This document shows, in pieces, positions 9,629-18,861 of a stretch of 45,930 bases of DNA. The stretch is from Clostridium sp. (GTDB taxonomy: Bacteria > Bacillota > Clostridia > Acetivibrionales > Acetivibrionaceae): assembly GCA_012523755.1 (NCBI GenBank), contig JAAYTO010000102.1:1-45930 (forward strand), read 5' to 3'. The first letter of the stretch is position 1. Each line of letters begins with the position of its first letter. A program made the position numbers and the translations under genes. The notes beneath the pieces were generated by a model. That model was not told where the DNA came from. It saw only the letters and a list, made by a program, of their open reading frames with translations, and made no database searches.

Positions 9629-10876
9629 TTATTTTTTTGCCGATACCTTTTTAAGCTTAGCAAACCTTGGAAGACCATCTTCAAGGGGTGGCTTTGACTC
9701 ACCTTGAATAAGGGGCAATGCATAGTCTATAAATCCTTGTTTTATGCCATTGCCTTCTTCGTTTATCCACTCTCTTGGAACCTTCTTTTCAGTGTTTGCA
9801 ACGTCTGTCAGGTTTATAAGTTTGATATTGCATTTGTATTCTTTACCTTCTGCTCTTTCAAAGGCAACCATGTAGTCGGTTTTTCCTTCAACTGCTAATT
9901 TTACAGCTGTTTGACCTGCAAGGTAGGCTTCATTGACATCGGTTAAGGAACCTACATGAGCAGCACATCTTTGAAGAAGACTGAACTCTATACCGCGAAC
10001 CTTCGCTCCGGTTTTTTCCTTAACGATGTTTGCCAAAGTTGCAGCAAGACCGCCCAACTGGGCATGACCAAAGGAATCCTTTGTTTTGGCCATGTCGGAA
10101 CCATACTCGGAAATATATTTTCCGTCCTTGTCTTTTATACCTTCCGAAACAGCAATAATAACCTTGCCGTTTTCCTTGTAAATCTTCATTGTGTCTTCGA
10201 GGAATTTATCCATATCAAAGGGTATTTCAGGTAGATAGATAAGATCCGGACCATTTCCTTTATAAGCAGCCAAGGCTGAAGCTGCTGTCAGCCAGCCAGC
10301 GTTTCTTCCCATTATTTCAAGAATGGTTATCATTCCAGTGTCATAAACCCTTGCATCATGATAAACCTCCATGGTAGATGTAGCGATATATTTTGCTGCA
10401 CTACCATAGCCCGGACAGTGGTCTGTTCCCCAGAGGTCGTTGTCAATTGTCTTGGGAACACCCATAACCCGGCATTCATACCCAACCTTCTGCATATATT
10501 TGCTGACTTTGTTGCAGGTATCCATTGAGTCGTTTCCGCCATTATAGAAGAAATATCTGATATTATACTTTTTGAATACTTCCAGAAGTCTCTTGTAATC
10601 AGTTTCATCTTCTTCGGCATCTTTGAGCTTGTATCTTACAGAACCCAATGCAGAAGAGGGAGTAGTTTTTAATAAATCCAATTCGTAGGGATCTTCTTTG
10701 CTCATATCATAAAAGTTTTCTTCAAGAATACCCTTAATTCCATGGGCTGCTCCATAAACAGCCGTAATACAATCCTGCTTTAATGCTTCTTGAATAACAC
10801 CTGCTGCACTAGAGTTAATAACGGATGTCGGACCACCTGATTGCCCGAATATGCATGCACCTTCTAAACGGCTCAT
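9629..10876 (-). CDS. pfp: Pyrophosphate-dependent 6-phosphofructokinase
   Basis: PFK family (GQSGGPT, MGR). GGNDS (Asp) plus PKTIDND (Lys) is the PPi-specific residue pair; 415 aa. Confidence 0.88.
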   Translation of the reverse strand: MSRLEGACIFGQSGGPTSVINSSAAGVIQEALKQDCITAVYGAAHGIKGILEENFYDMSKEDPYELDLLKTTPSSALGSVRYKLKDAEEDETDYKRLLEVFKKYNIRYFFYNGGNDSMDTCNKVSKYMQKVGYECRVMGVPKTIDNDLWGTDHCPGYGSAAKYIATSTMEVYHDARVYDTGMITILEIMGRNAGWLTAASALAAYKGNGPDLIYLPEIPFDMDKFLEDTMKIYKENGKVIIAVSEGIKDKDGKYISEYGSDMAKTKDSFGHAQLGGLAATLANIVKEKTGAKVRGIEFSLLQRCAAHVGSLTDVNEAYLAGQTAVKLAVEGKTDYMVAFERAEGKEYKCNIKLINLTDVANTEKKVPREWINEEGNGIKQGFIDYALPLIQGESKPPLEDGLPRFAKLKKVSAKK

Positions 10877-11020
10877 AGTAAAACCTCCTTATAAATATGT
10901 AAAATATATGTGTTCAATTTTGAAATTTGTCTAAACACAACTAAATAAAAATATAACATAATTATATTTTAAATGCAATTGTGCAGGAACTAAAAATATT
11001 TATTAATTTTTATTTTAACC

Positions 11021-11048
11021 TTGATTTTCAATATGAATCTGATAAAAT
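11021..11048 (+). promoter_or_regulatory. sigmaA-type promoter of fba
   Basis: TTGATT, 16-bp spacer, extended -10 TG-a-TAAAAT. Confidence 0.5.
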
Positions 11049-11052
11049 GATT

Positions 11053-11070
11053 ATGATAAAAACTTAACAA
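11053..11070. promoter_or_regulatory. Rex-like operator at the predicted fba transcription start
   Basis: ATGATAA-AAAC-TTAACAA, two mismatches to TTGTTAA-N4-TTAACAA. Confidence 0.45.
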
Positions 11071-11113
11071 GTGTGGTTATAATAACTAAAACAAGCGTGG
11101 TTATAATAACTAA
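11066..11113 (+). repeat. 24-bp tandem duplication in the fba leader
   Basis: aacaagtgtggttataataactaa / aacaagcgtggttataataactaa (1 mismatch); each copy contains TATAAT. Confidence 0.9.
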
Positions 11114-11136
11114 AATTAATATAAGGAGTTGAAAAT

Positions 11137-12066
11137 ATGCCATTAGTTACAAGTACCGAAATGTTTAAGAAAGCCTACGAGGGTAAATATGCTATTGGTG
11201 CATTTAATGTTAACAACATGGAGATAGTACAGGGTATTACAGAAGCTGCAAAGGAAGTTAATGCTCCATTGATTCTTCAGGTTTCAGCAGGTGCAAGAAA
11301 GTATGCAAACCATACATACCTTATGAAGCTTATAGAAGCTGCAATAGCAGAAACCGGACTTCCAATCTGTGTACATCTTGACCATGGTGATTCTTTTGAA
11401 CTTTGTAAATCATGTATTGACGGTGGATTTACATCCGTTATGATTGACGGTTCTCATCTTCCTTTTGAAGAAAATATAAAGCTTACAAAGCAAGTTGTTG
11501 ATTACGCCCATGATAAAGGTGTTGTTGTTGAGGGAGAGCTTGGCAGACTTGCAGGCATTGAGGATGCAGTTAATGTTTCCGAGGAGGATGCGGCATTTAC
11601 CGATCCTGACGAGGTACAGGAGTTTGTGCAAAGGACCGGCGTTGATTCCCTTGCTATAGCTATTGGTACAAGTCACGGTGCATTCAAATTTAAAGGCGAA
11701 CCAAAACTGAGATTTGATATTTTGGAAGAGATTCAAAAAAGACTTCCTGGTTTCCCGATAGTTCTTCATGGAGCATCGTCTGTTATACCGGAATATGTTG
11801 AAATGATTAACAATAACGGTGGAAACATGCCCGGAGCAAAGGGAGTTCCTGAAGATATGCTTAGAAAAGCTGCTTCCATGGCTGTTTGTAAAATAAACAT
11901 AGACTCAGACTTAAGACTTGCCATGACAGGAACGGTTAGGAAATATTTTGCAGAAAATCCTTCACACTTTGATCCAAGACAGTATTTAGGACCAGCAAGG
12001 GCAGCAATTAAGGAACTAGTTAAGCATAAGATAATAAACGTTTTAGGTTGCGATGGAAAAGCTTAA
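11137..12066 (+). CDS. fba: Class II fructose-1,6-bisphosphate aldolase
   Basis: HLDHG, VEGELG, GTSHG, VLHGAS and KINIDSD motifs. Confidence 0.95.
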   Translation: MPLVTSTEMFKKAYEGKYAIGAFNVNNMEIVQGITEAAKEVNAPLILQVSAGARKYANHTYLMKLIEAAIAETGLPICVHLDHGDSFELCKSCIDGGFTSVMIDGSHLPFEENIKLTKQVVDYAHDKGVVVEGELGRLAGIEDAVNVSEEDAAFTDPDEVQEFVQRTGVDSLAIAIGTSHGAFKFKGEPKLRFDILEEIQKRLPGFPIVLHGASSVIPEYVEMINNNGGNMPGAKGVPEDMLRKAASMAVCKINIDSDLRLAMTGTVRKYFAENPSHFDPRQYLGPARAAIKELVKHKIINVLGCDGKA

Positions 12067-12086
12067 GATGTAGTTAAAATATTTTT

Positions 12087-12117
12087 GTGGAGGTCAGTTA
12101 ATTGGCCTTCACTTTTT
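12087..12117 (+). terminator. Rho-independent terminator of fba
   Basis: gtggaggtca-gttaat-tggccttcac-ttttt. Confidence 0.8.
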
Positions 12118-12232
12118 GTTAGTGGGATTATTCTCTTTATTGTGTTTTCAAGAAGTGAATTGAACCCGATGTGGTTGAAGGTATACAGCTGTTGTTAAAT
12201 ATTTATTAACGTAAAGAAGGGTAGTAGGTAAT

Positions 12233-12778
12233 ATGGATAACTTGCAATCTACCGGAAATAAAAAGCAGGAAATAATAAAAGAGATAATCAGCTGGGCACT
12301 GTATATATTAGGTGCGGTCTTGGTTGCACTATTTTTAACAAGGTTCGTTATTGTTAATGCCTATGTTCCCACTGGATCAATGGAGTCCACAATTATGCCT
12401 AAAGACAGGCTCATTGCAAGCAGGATACATTATCTTATCGGAGACCCCAAAAGAGGGGATATTGTTGTATTCAGATTCCCGGATGATGAAGAAGTGCTTT
12501 ATGTAAAAAGAGTTATTGGACTTCCAGGGGAGACTGTAGAGATTAAGGATGGTACAGTATATATTGACGGAAAACTTCTTGAAGAACCCTACCTTAAGGA
12601 AAAGCCGATAGGGGATCATGGTTCGTATAAGGTTCCGGAGGGCAACTACTTTATGATGGGCGACAACAGAAACTACTCTAAGGATTCGAGAGTGTGGGAT
12701 AATAAATACGTAAAAAAAGAAAAAATTCTGGGTAAGGCTCTTTTTCGTTACTATCCAAGTATTAAAGCTCTATGGTAG
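12233..12778 (+). CDS. lepB: Signal peptidase I
   Basis: N-terminal TM segment, catalytic Ser (TGSM) and Lys (YVKRVIG), GDNR..SKDSR. Confidence 0.93.
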   Translation: MDNLQSTGNKKQEIIKEIISWALYILGAVLVALFLTRFVIVNAYVPTGSMESTIMPKDRLIASRIHYLIGDPKRGDIVVFRFPDDEEVLYVKRVIGLPGETVEIKDGTVYIDGKLLEEPYLKEKPIGDHGSYKVPEGNYFMMGDNRNYSKDSRVWDNKYVKKEKILGKALFRYYPSIKALW

Positions 12779-12812
12779 AATAATTCCTTTATTATTCTGG
12801 TATCATTAATAT

Positions 12813-13814
12813 TTATTCTATGGCTTTTTCGTATCTACTTATTATTGTGTCCATAACGTAGCCCCATTCCTCGTCAACGGTACATTTTTGAGGACGGCTT
12901 TCAAACCATTTGATTGTCTCTTTGATACCTTCAGAAAAGGATACTGTGGCATTAAAACCGGGTACAAAACGCTTTATTTTAGTATTGTCAAATACCATGC
13001 TTACTGCTTTATCTCCTAAAAGACTTCCCGTTGCTTCTGGCGAAAACCGGGCAATGAAGTCGGAAGGTATGTGTATAATTTCAGGTTCAACACCGGCTGC
13101 GTTTCCAATTGCCCTGTAAATCTGATTCCAGTTTAAAACTTCATCGGATGTGATGTGAAAAGCGTGACCGATGGATTGATTGTTATATAGAAGACCGATA
13201 AGCCCTCTGGCAAAGTCTGTATTGTGTGTCATTGTCCAAAGGGATGTGCCGTCGCCGTGAACAATGATTTTTTTACCCTTGTGCATGCGGTCCACAATAG
13301 ACCATGGATTATTCCAACTGTTCAGTGCGGCAGGTATCATTTTAAGTCCGTATGTAAAAGAAGGGCGAACAATGGTTGCCGGAAAACCGGTGTTTCTATA
13401 CTCATTCATAAGAAATTCTTCACATGCAATTTTGTCCCGGGAGTATTGCCAATAAGGGTTTGCCAGAGGTGTTGACTCGGTAACAATATAATGGGACAAG
13501 GGTTTTTGGTAGACTGATGCCGAGCTTATGAATATATAATGCCGGGTTTTGTCCCTAAAAAGTTCGACATCGGTTTTTACATGCTCGGGGACGAAAGCTA
13601 TCCAGTCAACGACCGCATCAAAGGTATGCCCCTTTAGAGCCTTATTGACAGATGCTTTATCCCGGATATCGGCTTTAACAAGTTTTGCACCTTCGGGTAT
13701 AAATTCGGTGTTTTGTCCCCTGTTTAAAAGATATAGATCAATACCTTGTCTGACAGCTTGTTTGGAGGCTGCCTCACTAATAATACCTGTTCCGCCTATG
13801 AACAATACTTTCAT
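12813..13814 (-). CDS. NAD-dependent epimerase/dehydratase (atypical SDR)
   Basis: GGTGIIS nucleotide-binding motif, SSASVY, YSRDK (YxxxK). Confidence 0.85.
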   Translation of the reverse strand: MKVLFIGGTGIISEAASKQAVRQGIDLYLLNRGQNTEFIPEGAKLVKADIRDKASVNKALKGHTFDAVVDWIAFVPEHVKTDVELFRDKTRHYIFISSASVYQKPLSHYIVTESTPLANPYWQYSRDKIACEEFLMNEYRNTGFPATIVRPSFTYGLKMIPAALNSWNNPWSIVDRMHKGKKIIVHGDGTSLWTMTHNTDFARGLIGLLYNNQSIGHAFHITSDEVLNWNQIYRAIGNAAGVEPEIIHIPSDFIARFSPEATGSLLGDKAVSMVFDNTKIKRFVPGFNATVSFSEGIKETIKWFESRPQKCTVDEEWGYVMDTIISRYEKAIE

Positions 13815-14067
13815 TTTATCATTCCTCTCCCTTTGTTTATTTGCCGTTCATATAATTTGCATTGTTGTTCCCAAACTGAATTTTGTAACTAAATCGATCG
13901 GTATTTATAGTTGCCTTTAATATTGTATTCTAACAGGGTATCGGTTAAAATACATATATAGGGTTTACTCTGTGTTGTTAACTGTATTTTAACAGAGTCG
14001 AACTCTTTCTTCTATAGTTTGATTTAATTTTATTGTCAAAGGTGGAGCTGTTAGGAGGTTTTTATCT

Positions 14068-15435
14068 ATGAAAGGAAAAAAGAAAATATTGATCGTTGCA
14101 ATTGTAATTGTTGCTGTTATTGCTTCGGTATGCACATATTTTTATCTGTCCAAAAAGAATGATGTGCTGGATGAGTCTAAACCCTTTGGGTTTGAGGCAC
14201 TTAAATTCAATGGTTCCTATGTAAGCACCGATATTATGATTGAAGAGAGAAACAATTTCTACGAGAGGTGGAAAAGGAATGCAACTGTACAGCGAATGAG
14301 CGAAGAAGAACGCAATGATATGCTCCTAGATCAAATAATTGAAAGACTGGTTCTTGAAGACTATATTTTCAATAAATCGGGGGAAAAGGCAACCGAAAGT
14401 GAAGTTGACGACTACATAAAAAGGTTTATTGAGCCAAGGTATTCGGATTCCGGAGGCCTGAAAATGTTTATGAGTTCCCGGGGCTATCTGAATGAAGAGG
14501 AAATGAAAGAGGATATAAGAAAGTATATTATAAAGCAGAAATGTATGTACACCGTGGGAAAAGGATTGGGGATAGAGCTTACCGATGTGGACGTTGATGA
14601 AAAGTATACGAAACATAAGATTCAAAATAAAAGGGTGGATATAAGGCATATATTAATATCAACGGTGGACAGGGAAAAGGATGAGACTCGTGCTTTAGCC
14701 CAGGAGGTTTATGCAAAGCTAAGTGACGGTGAGGATTTTGAAACTTTGGCAAAGCAATATTCCGATGATGAAGAAACAAAGGATAGCGGAGGGCTGGTAA
14801 AGGGACTTACGGCAGGTCGTCATGAGGAGGTTTTTGACAATGCGGTTTTCACAGCACAGCCGGGAGAGTTGCTGGAACCTATAGAGGTTTACAACGGCTA
14901 TGAAATTGTTTATGTGGATAAGGAAGTGAATTACTATCGTAACCGGAATGAATATGCACAAATGCTAATGGTGGACATGTTTGTTCAATCCGATAAGTAC
15001 AAAGAGTGGCTTGAAGAGTTAAAGAAAGGCTACGATATTGAAATAACGGATTTGGCTATGAAAGCTTTCAGGCTTTTTAAAGAGGAACGGTACGATGAAT
15101 CGGCTAATTGTTATGAGGAGCTTTACAGGCAACAAAAAGACATCTACTATATGGAGAAGGCTACAGAGGTGTACAAGCTTGCCGAGAATTGGGAGAAGTT
15201 TCTTGAAACAAGCAAGGTATGCATGAAGAAATATCCCGACAATCTTTTATATCAGATATATCAAGCCGAGGCAATGCTAATAACCGGTGATGAAAAGGGT
15301 GCCTTGAAGCTTTTAGAGAAAACAGAAAAACGTGCAGAAGGAAATTCATATTTCATTAGTTTGATAAAAGAGTTCTATAAAAATCATGGATTTGAAGAAA
15401 AATCACAGAGAATGGATCAGAAGTTGAGTCAATAA
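14068..15435 (+). CDS. PpiC/parvulin-type peptidyl-prolyl isomerase (PrsA/SurA-like) with a TPR-like C-terminus
   Basis: N-terminal anchor, RHILI, FETLAKQYSDD..TKDSGG rotamase motif, helical repeat-like C-terminus. Confidence 0.85.
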   Translation: MKGKKKILIVAIVIVAVIASVCTYFYLSKKNDVLDESKPFGFEALKFNGSYVSTDIMIEERNNFYERWKRNATVQRMSEEERNDMLLDQIIERLVLEDYIFNKSGEKATESEVDDYIKRFIEPRYSDSGGLKMFMSSRGYLNEEEMKEDIRKYIIKQKCMYTVGKGLGIELTDVDVDEKYTKHKIQNKRVDIRHILISTVDREKDETRALAQEVYAKLSDGEDFETLAKQYSDDEETKDSGGLVKGLTAGRHEEVFDNAVFTAQPGELLEPIEVYNGYEIVYVDKEVNYYRNRNEYAQMLMVDMFVQSDKYKEWLEELKKGYDIEITDLAMKAFRLFKEERYDESANCYEELYRQQKDIYYMEKATEVYKLAENWEKFLETSKVCMKKYPDNLLYQIYQAEAMLITGDEKGALKLLEKTEKRAEGNSYFISLIKEFYKNHGFEEKSQRMDQKLSQ

Positions 15436-15451
15436 AGTTAAAGCAAGTTCG

Positions 15452-15482
15452 AAACCCTAGAGAGAAATTCCTAGGGTTTTTT
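15452..15482 (+). terminator. Rho-independent terminator
   Basis: aaaccctag ... ctagggttt followed by Ts. Confidence 0.75.
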
Positions 15483-15616
15483 GAAATTTGATACTGTATT
15501 AGTGCTCCGGATAAATGATCCAAAGTTACTCAAGTTGTATGACCTATTATAGATATGTTAAAAAGATGCTGGAAAATGCGTTAAAGAAATAGTATTACAT
15601 TATCATAATGATGTCT

Positions 15617-15658
15617 CAGCCTCGACTGTAGAGATACAGTTTCGGGGTTTTTCTTTTT
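15617..15658 (+). terminator. Second terminator-like hairpin about 50 nt before the activase operon
   Basis: agcctcga-ctgta-gaga-tacag-tttcggggtt followed by a T-rich tail. Confidence 0.55.
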
Positions 15659-15705
15659 GTATAAAAAAAGCTCATAGGTACATAATAACTTTTGAGGTGT
15701 ATTGA

Positions 15706-16701
15706 ATGAATACTACAAAAGTGGGAATACCTAGGGCTCTGTTTTATTATCAGTATTACCCTCTTTGGAAAACTTTTTTTGAAGAGCTGGGAGCGGAAAT
15801 TGTGTTGTCGGATCGTACAACAAAAACAATAATGGATGAGGGTTCAAAAACATGCATCGACGAAGCCTGTCTTCCTATAAAGATATTCCACGGACATGTA
15901 ATGAACATAAAGGATAAGGTTGACTACCTGTTTATACCTAGGTTTACAAGTGTATCAAAAAACGAATATATATGCCCGAAGTTCGGCGGATTGCCTGATA
16001 TGGTAAGGCATACTATAAAGGATTTGCCTCCTATAATTGATACCGAGGTCAATCTTAGAAAATCCGGGAAGAATGCACTTAAGGCTGTATATGAAGTGGG
16101 CAGCTTTTTTTCAAAGGATCAATACAAGATTAAGAGGGCTTACAAAAGGGCTTTAGAAAGCTATAGAGAGTTTCGCGAAAAGATAAAAAAAGGTGTGCTT
16201 CCCTGTGATATATTGGACAAAAAACTGAGGACAGTAAAAAAATATGATGGACGAAATCTTAATATTGCGGTGGTTGGTCATGGATACAACCTTTATGACA
16301 GGTATGCCAATATGAATATGCTGGATAAGCTTATCGACAAGGGTGCTGAAATAATTACCGTTGATATGGTGGATGGCGAAATCATAGAAAAACATGTTCA
16401 GGTGCTCCCCAAAAGGTTGTTCTGGAACTTTGGAAGAAAGGCTGTGGGCAGTTCGCTGTATTTTCTGGACAGGGAAGATATTGACGGAATAATATATCTG
16501 ATGGCTTTTGGATGCGGGGTAGACTCTTTTATAAGTGATCTCATTGAAAGAAAAATAAGAAGGAATAAAGACATTCCTTTTATTATTCTTACCCTAGATG
16601 AACACACAGGGGAAGCCGGCATGGATACCAGACTTGAGGCGTTTATTGATATGATTAGATGGAGGTATAGAAATGAAGATAACGTTTCCGCATATGGGTA
16701 A
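15706..16701 (+). CDS. 2-hydroxyacyl-CoA dehydratase / activase-related subunit (DUF2229-like)
   Basis: VGIPRAL, EACLPIK, CPKF, FGCG and DEHTGEAGMDTRLEAF motifs. Confidence 0.75.
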   Translation: MNTTKVGIPRALFYYQYYPLWKTFFEELGAEIVLSDRTTKTIMDEGSKTCIDEACLPIKIFHGHVMNIKDKVDYLFIPRFTSVSKNEYICPKFGGLPDMVRHTIKDLPPIIDTEVNLRKSGKNALKAVYEVGSFFSKDQYKIKRAYKRALESYREFREKIKKGVLPCDILDKKLRTVKKYDGRNLNIAVVGHGYNLYDRYANMNMLDKLIDKGAEIITVDMVDGEIIEKHVQVLPKRLFWNFGRKAVGSSLYFLDREDIDGIIYLMAFGCGVDSFISDLIERKIRRNKDIPFIILTLDEHTGEAGMDTRLEAFIDMIRWRYRNEDNVSAYG

Positions 16702-17788
16702 TACATACATTGTGGCCAAAGCACTCCTTGATGATGTTGGTGTGGATTATATTATTCCTCCCTATAACAATAAGCGGGCACTGGAAATCGGTACCAAGTA
16801 TGCACCGGAAATGGTGTGCTTGCCACTGAAGATTAATCTTGGAAATTATATTGAAGCCTATGAAAAAGGGGCGGATACAATTTTGATAACAGGGGGAAGA
16901 GGTCCTTGCAGATTTGGGTATTACTGCGAGATGAGCAGAGAAATTTTGCGTGATAATGGATTTAATATGGATGTTATTACCTTGGAGGTTTCCCAAGAGG
17001 GATTTAACGAACTTCTAAGAAGAATCCGAAGAATTACAGGGGAGATTAATGTTAAAAAAATCCTGAAGGTCATAAAGAACACCACCCTTGTGTCAAAAAG
17101 GGTGGATGAATTGGAAAGACTAACCTATAAACTTCGGCCCCGGGAGATCAAAAAAGGAAGTACTGACAAAATTTATAAGGAATTTCAGAGAAAGGTTAAA
17201 GAAGTAAGAGGCTCTTCGCAGATTCTTAAACTTATAAATAATACGAAAAGCCGATTGATAAGGCTGGAAATCGATAGAGAATTTAAGCCTTTAAAGATTG
17301 GAATTGTTGGGGAAATATATACGACAATAGACCCCTTTACCAATTTTCATATTGAGTCAATCCTGGGGAATATGGGAGTGGAAGTAGACAGGTCTAATAC
17401 GGTCAGTGGTTGGATAATTGAGCATATGCTAAAGGCAATTGTTCCCTTTAAAAAGGATATAAGGTATAAGGAAGCTGCAAAGCCTTATCTTGGAGCTATG
17501 ATAGGGGGACATGCCCAGGAGACCATAGGTAATACGGTGCTATATGCCAAAGACGGGTATGACGGTGTAGTGCAGATTTATCCCCTGACGTGTATGCCGG
17601 AAATTGTTGCAGAAAGCATACTTCCTGCCATAGAAAGAGATTATAACATACCTGTCCTTACATTGATCATTGATGAAATGACGGGGGAAGCAGGTTATTT
17701 GACTAGAATAGAGGCGTTTGTAGATTTACTCAATAGAAGAAGGGAGAGAGTAGAAATTGGGCAGAACTTCGCTTTATCTGGGAATTGA
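16673..17788 (+). CDS. 2-hydroxyacyl-CoA dehydratase-related subunit
   Basis: CLPLK, GPCRFG, VGEIY, CMPE and DEMTGEAG..TRIEAF motifs; overlaps both neighbours. Confidence 0.75.
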   Translation: MKITFPHMGNTYIVAKALLDDVGVDYIIPPYNNKRALEIGTKYAPEMVCLPLKINLGNYIEAYEKGADTILITGGRGPCRFGYYCEMSREILRDNGFNMDVITLEVSQEGFNELLRRIRRITGEINVKKILKVIKNTTLVSKRVDELERLTYKLRPREIKKGSTDKIYKEFQRKVKEVRGSSQILKLINNTKSRLIRLEIDREFKPLKIGIVGEIYTTIDPFTNFHIESILGNMGVEVDRSNTVSGWIIEHMLKAIVPFKKDIRYKEAAKPYLGAMIGGHAQETIGNTVLYAKDGYDGVVQIYPLTCMPEIVAESILPAIERDYNIPVLTLIIDEMTGEAGYLTRIEAFVDLLNRRRERVEIGQNFALSGN

Positions 17789-18746
17789 CGTGGGTTCGGT
17801 CAGCACAAATCTTGTGGTTATTAATGAAAACGATGAGGTGGTGGACAAGCTTTATTTAAGAACTAGCGGTCAACCGATCAATGCACTGGTAAAGGGTATG
17901 AAGACATTATCTGAACGTATTGGAAGGAACGTTGTTATAAAAGGTGTTGGCACAACCGGAAGCGGAAGACAGCTTGCTGGTGTGATTGTGGGTGCCGATA
18001 TAGTTAAAAATGAAATCACAACCCATGCTATTGCAGCACAAAAGCTGGTTCCCGGTGTAAGAACAATACTGGAAATAGGCGGCCAGGATTCTAAGATTAT
18101 AATTCTTAAAAACGGTATAGTGTATGATTTTGCAATGAATACTGTCTGTGCAGCGGGCACGGGCTCTTTTTTGGATAGACAGGCAGCAAGGCTTGAGATA
18201 TCAATAGAAGAATTCGGTTCTTATGCCTTAAGGTCTAAGGCTTCTGTCAGAATTGCTGGAAGGTGTGCGGTGTTTGCCGAATCGGATATGATACACAAAC
18301 AGCAGACCGGGCACAGTGTTGAAGACATAATAAACGGTCTTTGTGAAGCTCTTGTGAGAAACTATTTAAACAATCTGGCTAAGGGAAAGGAAATCGAAGA
18401 CCCCATAGTGTTCCAGGGTGGTGTTGCTGCCAATGTCGGTATTGTAGCGGCTTTTGAAAAAGCAATCGGCAAAAAAATATCGATACCCAAATACTATGAT
18501 GTAATGGGTGCCTATGGGGCGGCACTGATAGCAAGGGACGAAGTGGCAAGAAACGGACGGACCACAAACTTCTATGGGTTTGAAATATCTCAGAAGGACT
18601 TTAAGGCCAGGAGTATTGAGTGTAATGGCTGTTCAAATATGTGCGAGGTTATAGAAATAACATCGGATAATGAGGTTTTAGCACGTTGGGGTGATCGGTG
18701 CGGAAAATGGTCGGCACTAAAAAACGAAGACCAGAGCGTAAGTTGA
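17757..18746 (+). CDS. Acyl-CoA dehydratase activase (BadF/BadG/BcrA/BcrD ATPase family)
   Basis: GIDVGSVSTN, EIGGQDSK, Fe-S ligands CAAGTG and RCAVFAES, C-terminal CxxCxxxC. Confidence 0.88.
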   Translation: MGRTSLYLGIDVGSVSTNLVVINENDEVVDKLYLRTSGQPINALVKGMKTLSERIGRNVVIKGVGTTGSGRQLAGVIVGADIVKNEITTHAIAAQKLVPGVRTILEIGGQDSKIIILKNGIVYDFAMNTVCAAGTGSFLDRQAARLEISIEEFGSYALRSKASVRIAGRCAVFAESDMIHKQQTGHSVEDIINGLCEALVRNYLNNLAKGKEIEDPIVFQGGVAANVGIVAAFEKAIGKKISIPKYYDVMGAYGAALIARDEVARNGRTTNFYGFEISQKDFKARSIECNGCSNMCEVIEITSDNEVLARWGDRCGKWSALKNEDQSVS

Positions 18747-18861
18747 TAATGGAAGGGTTATGTTTTATTATTAAAAGAAGTATAAGTTTTTTAAGTATTT
18801 GAGGTTTTGATAAAATTAGAATTTATTGCAGAAGGCAGCATAATGTTTGAGGGGGACTTTT

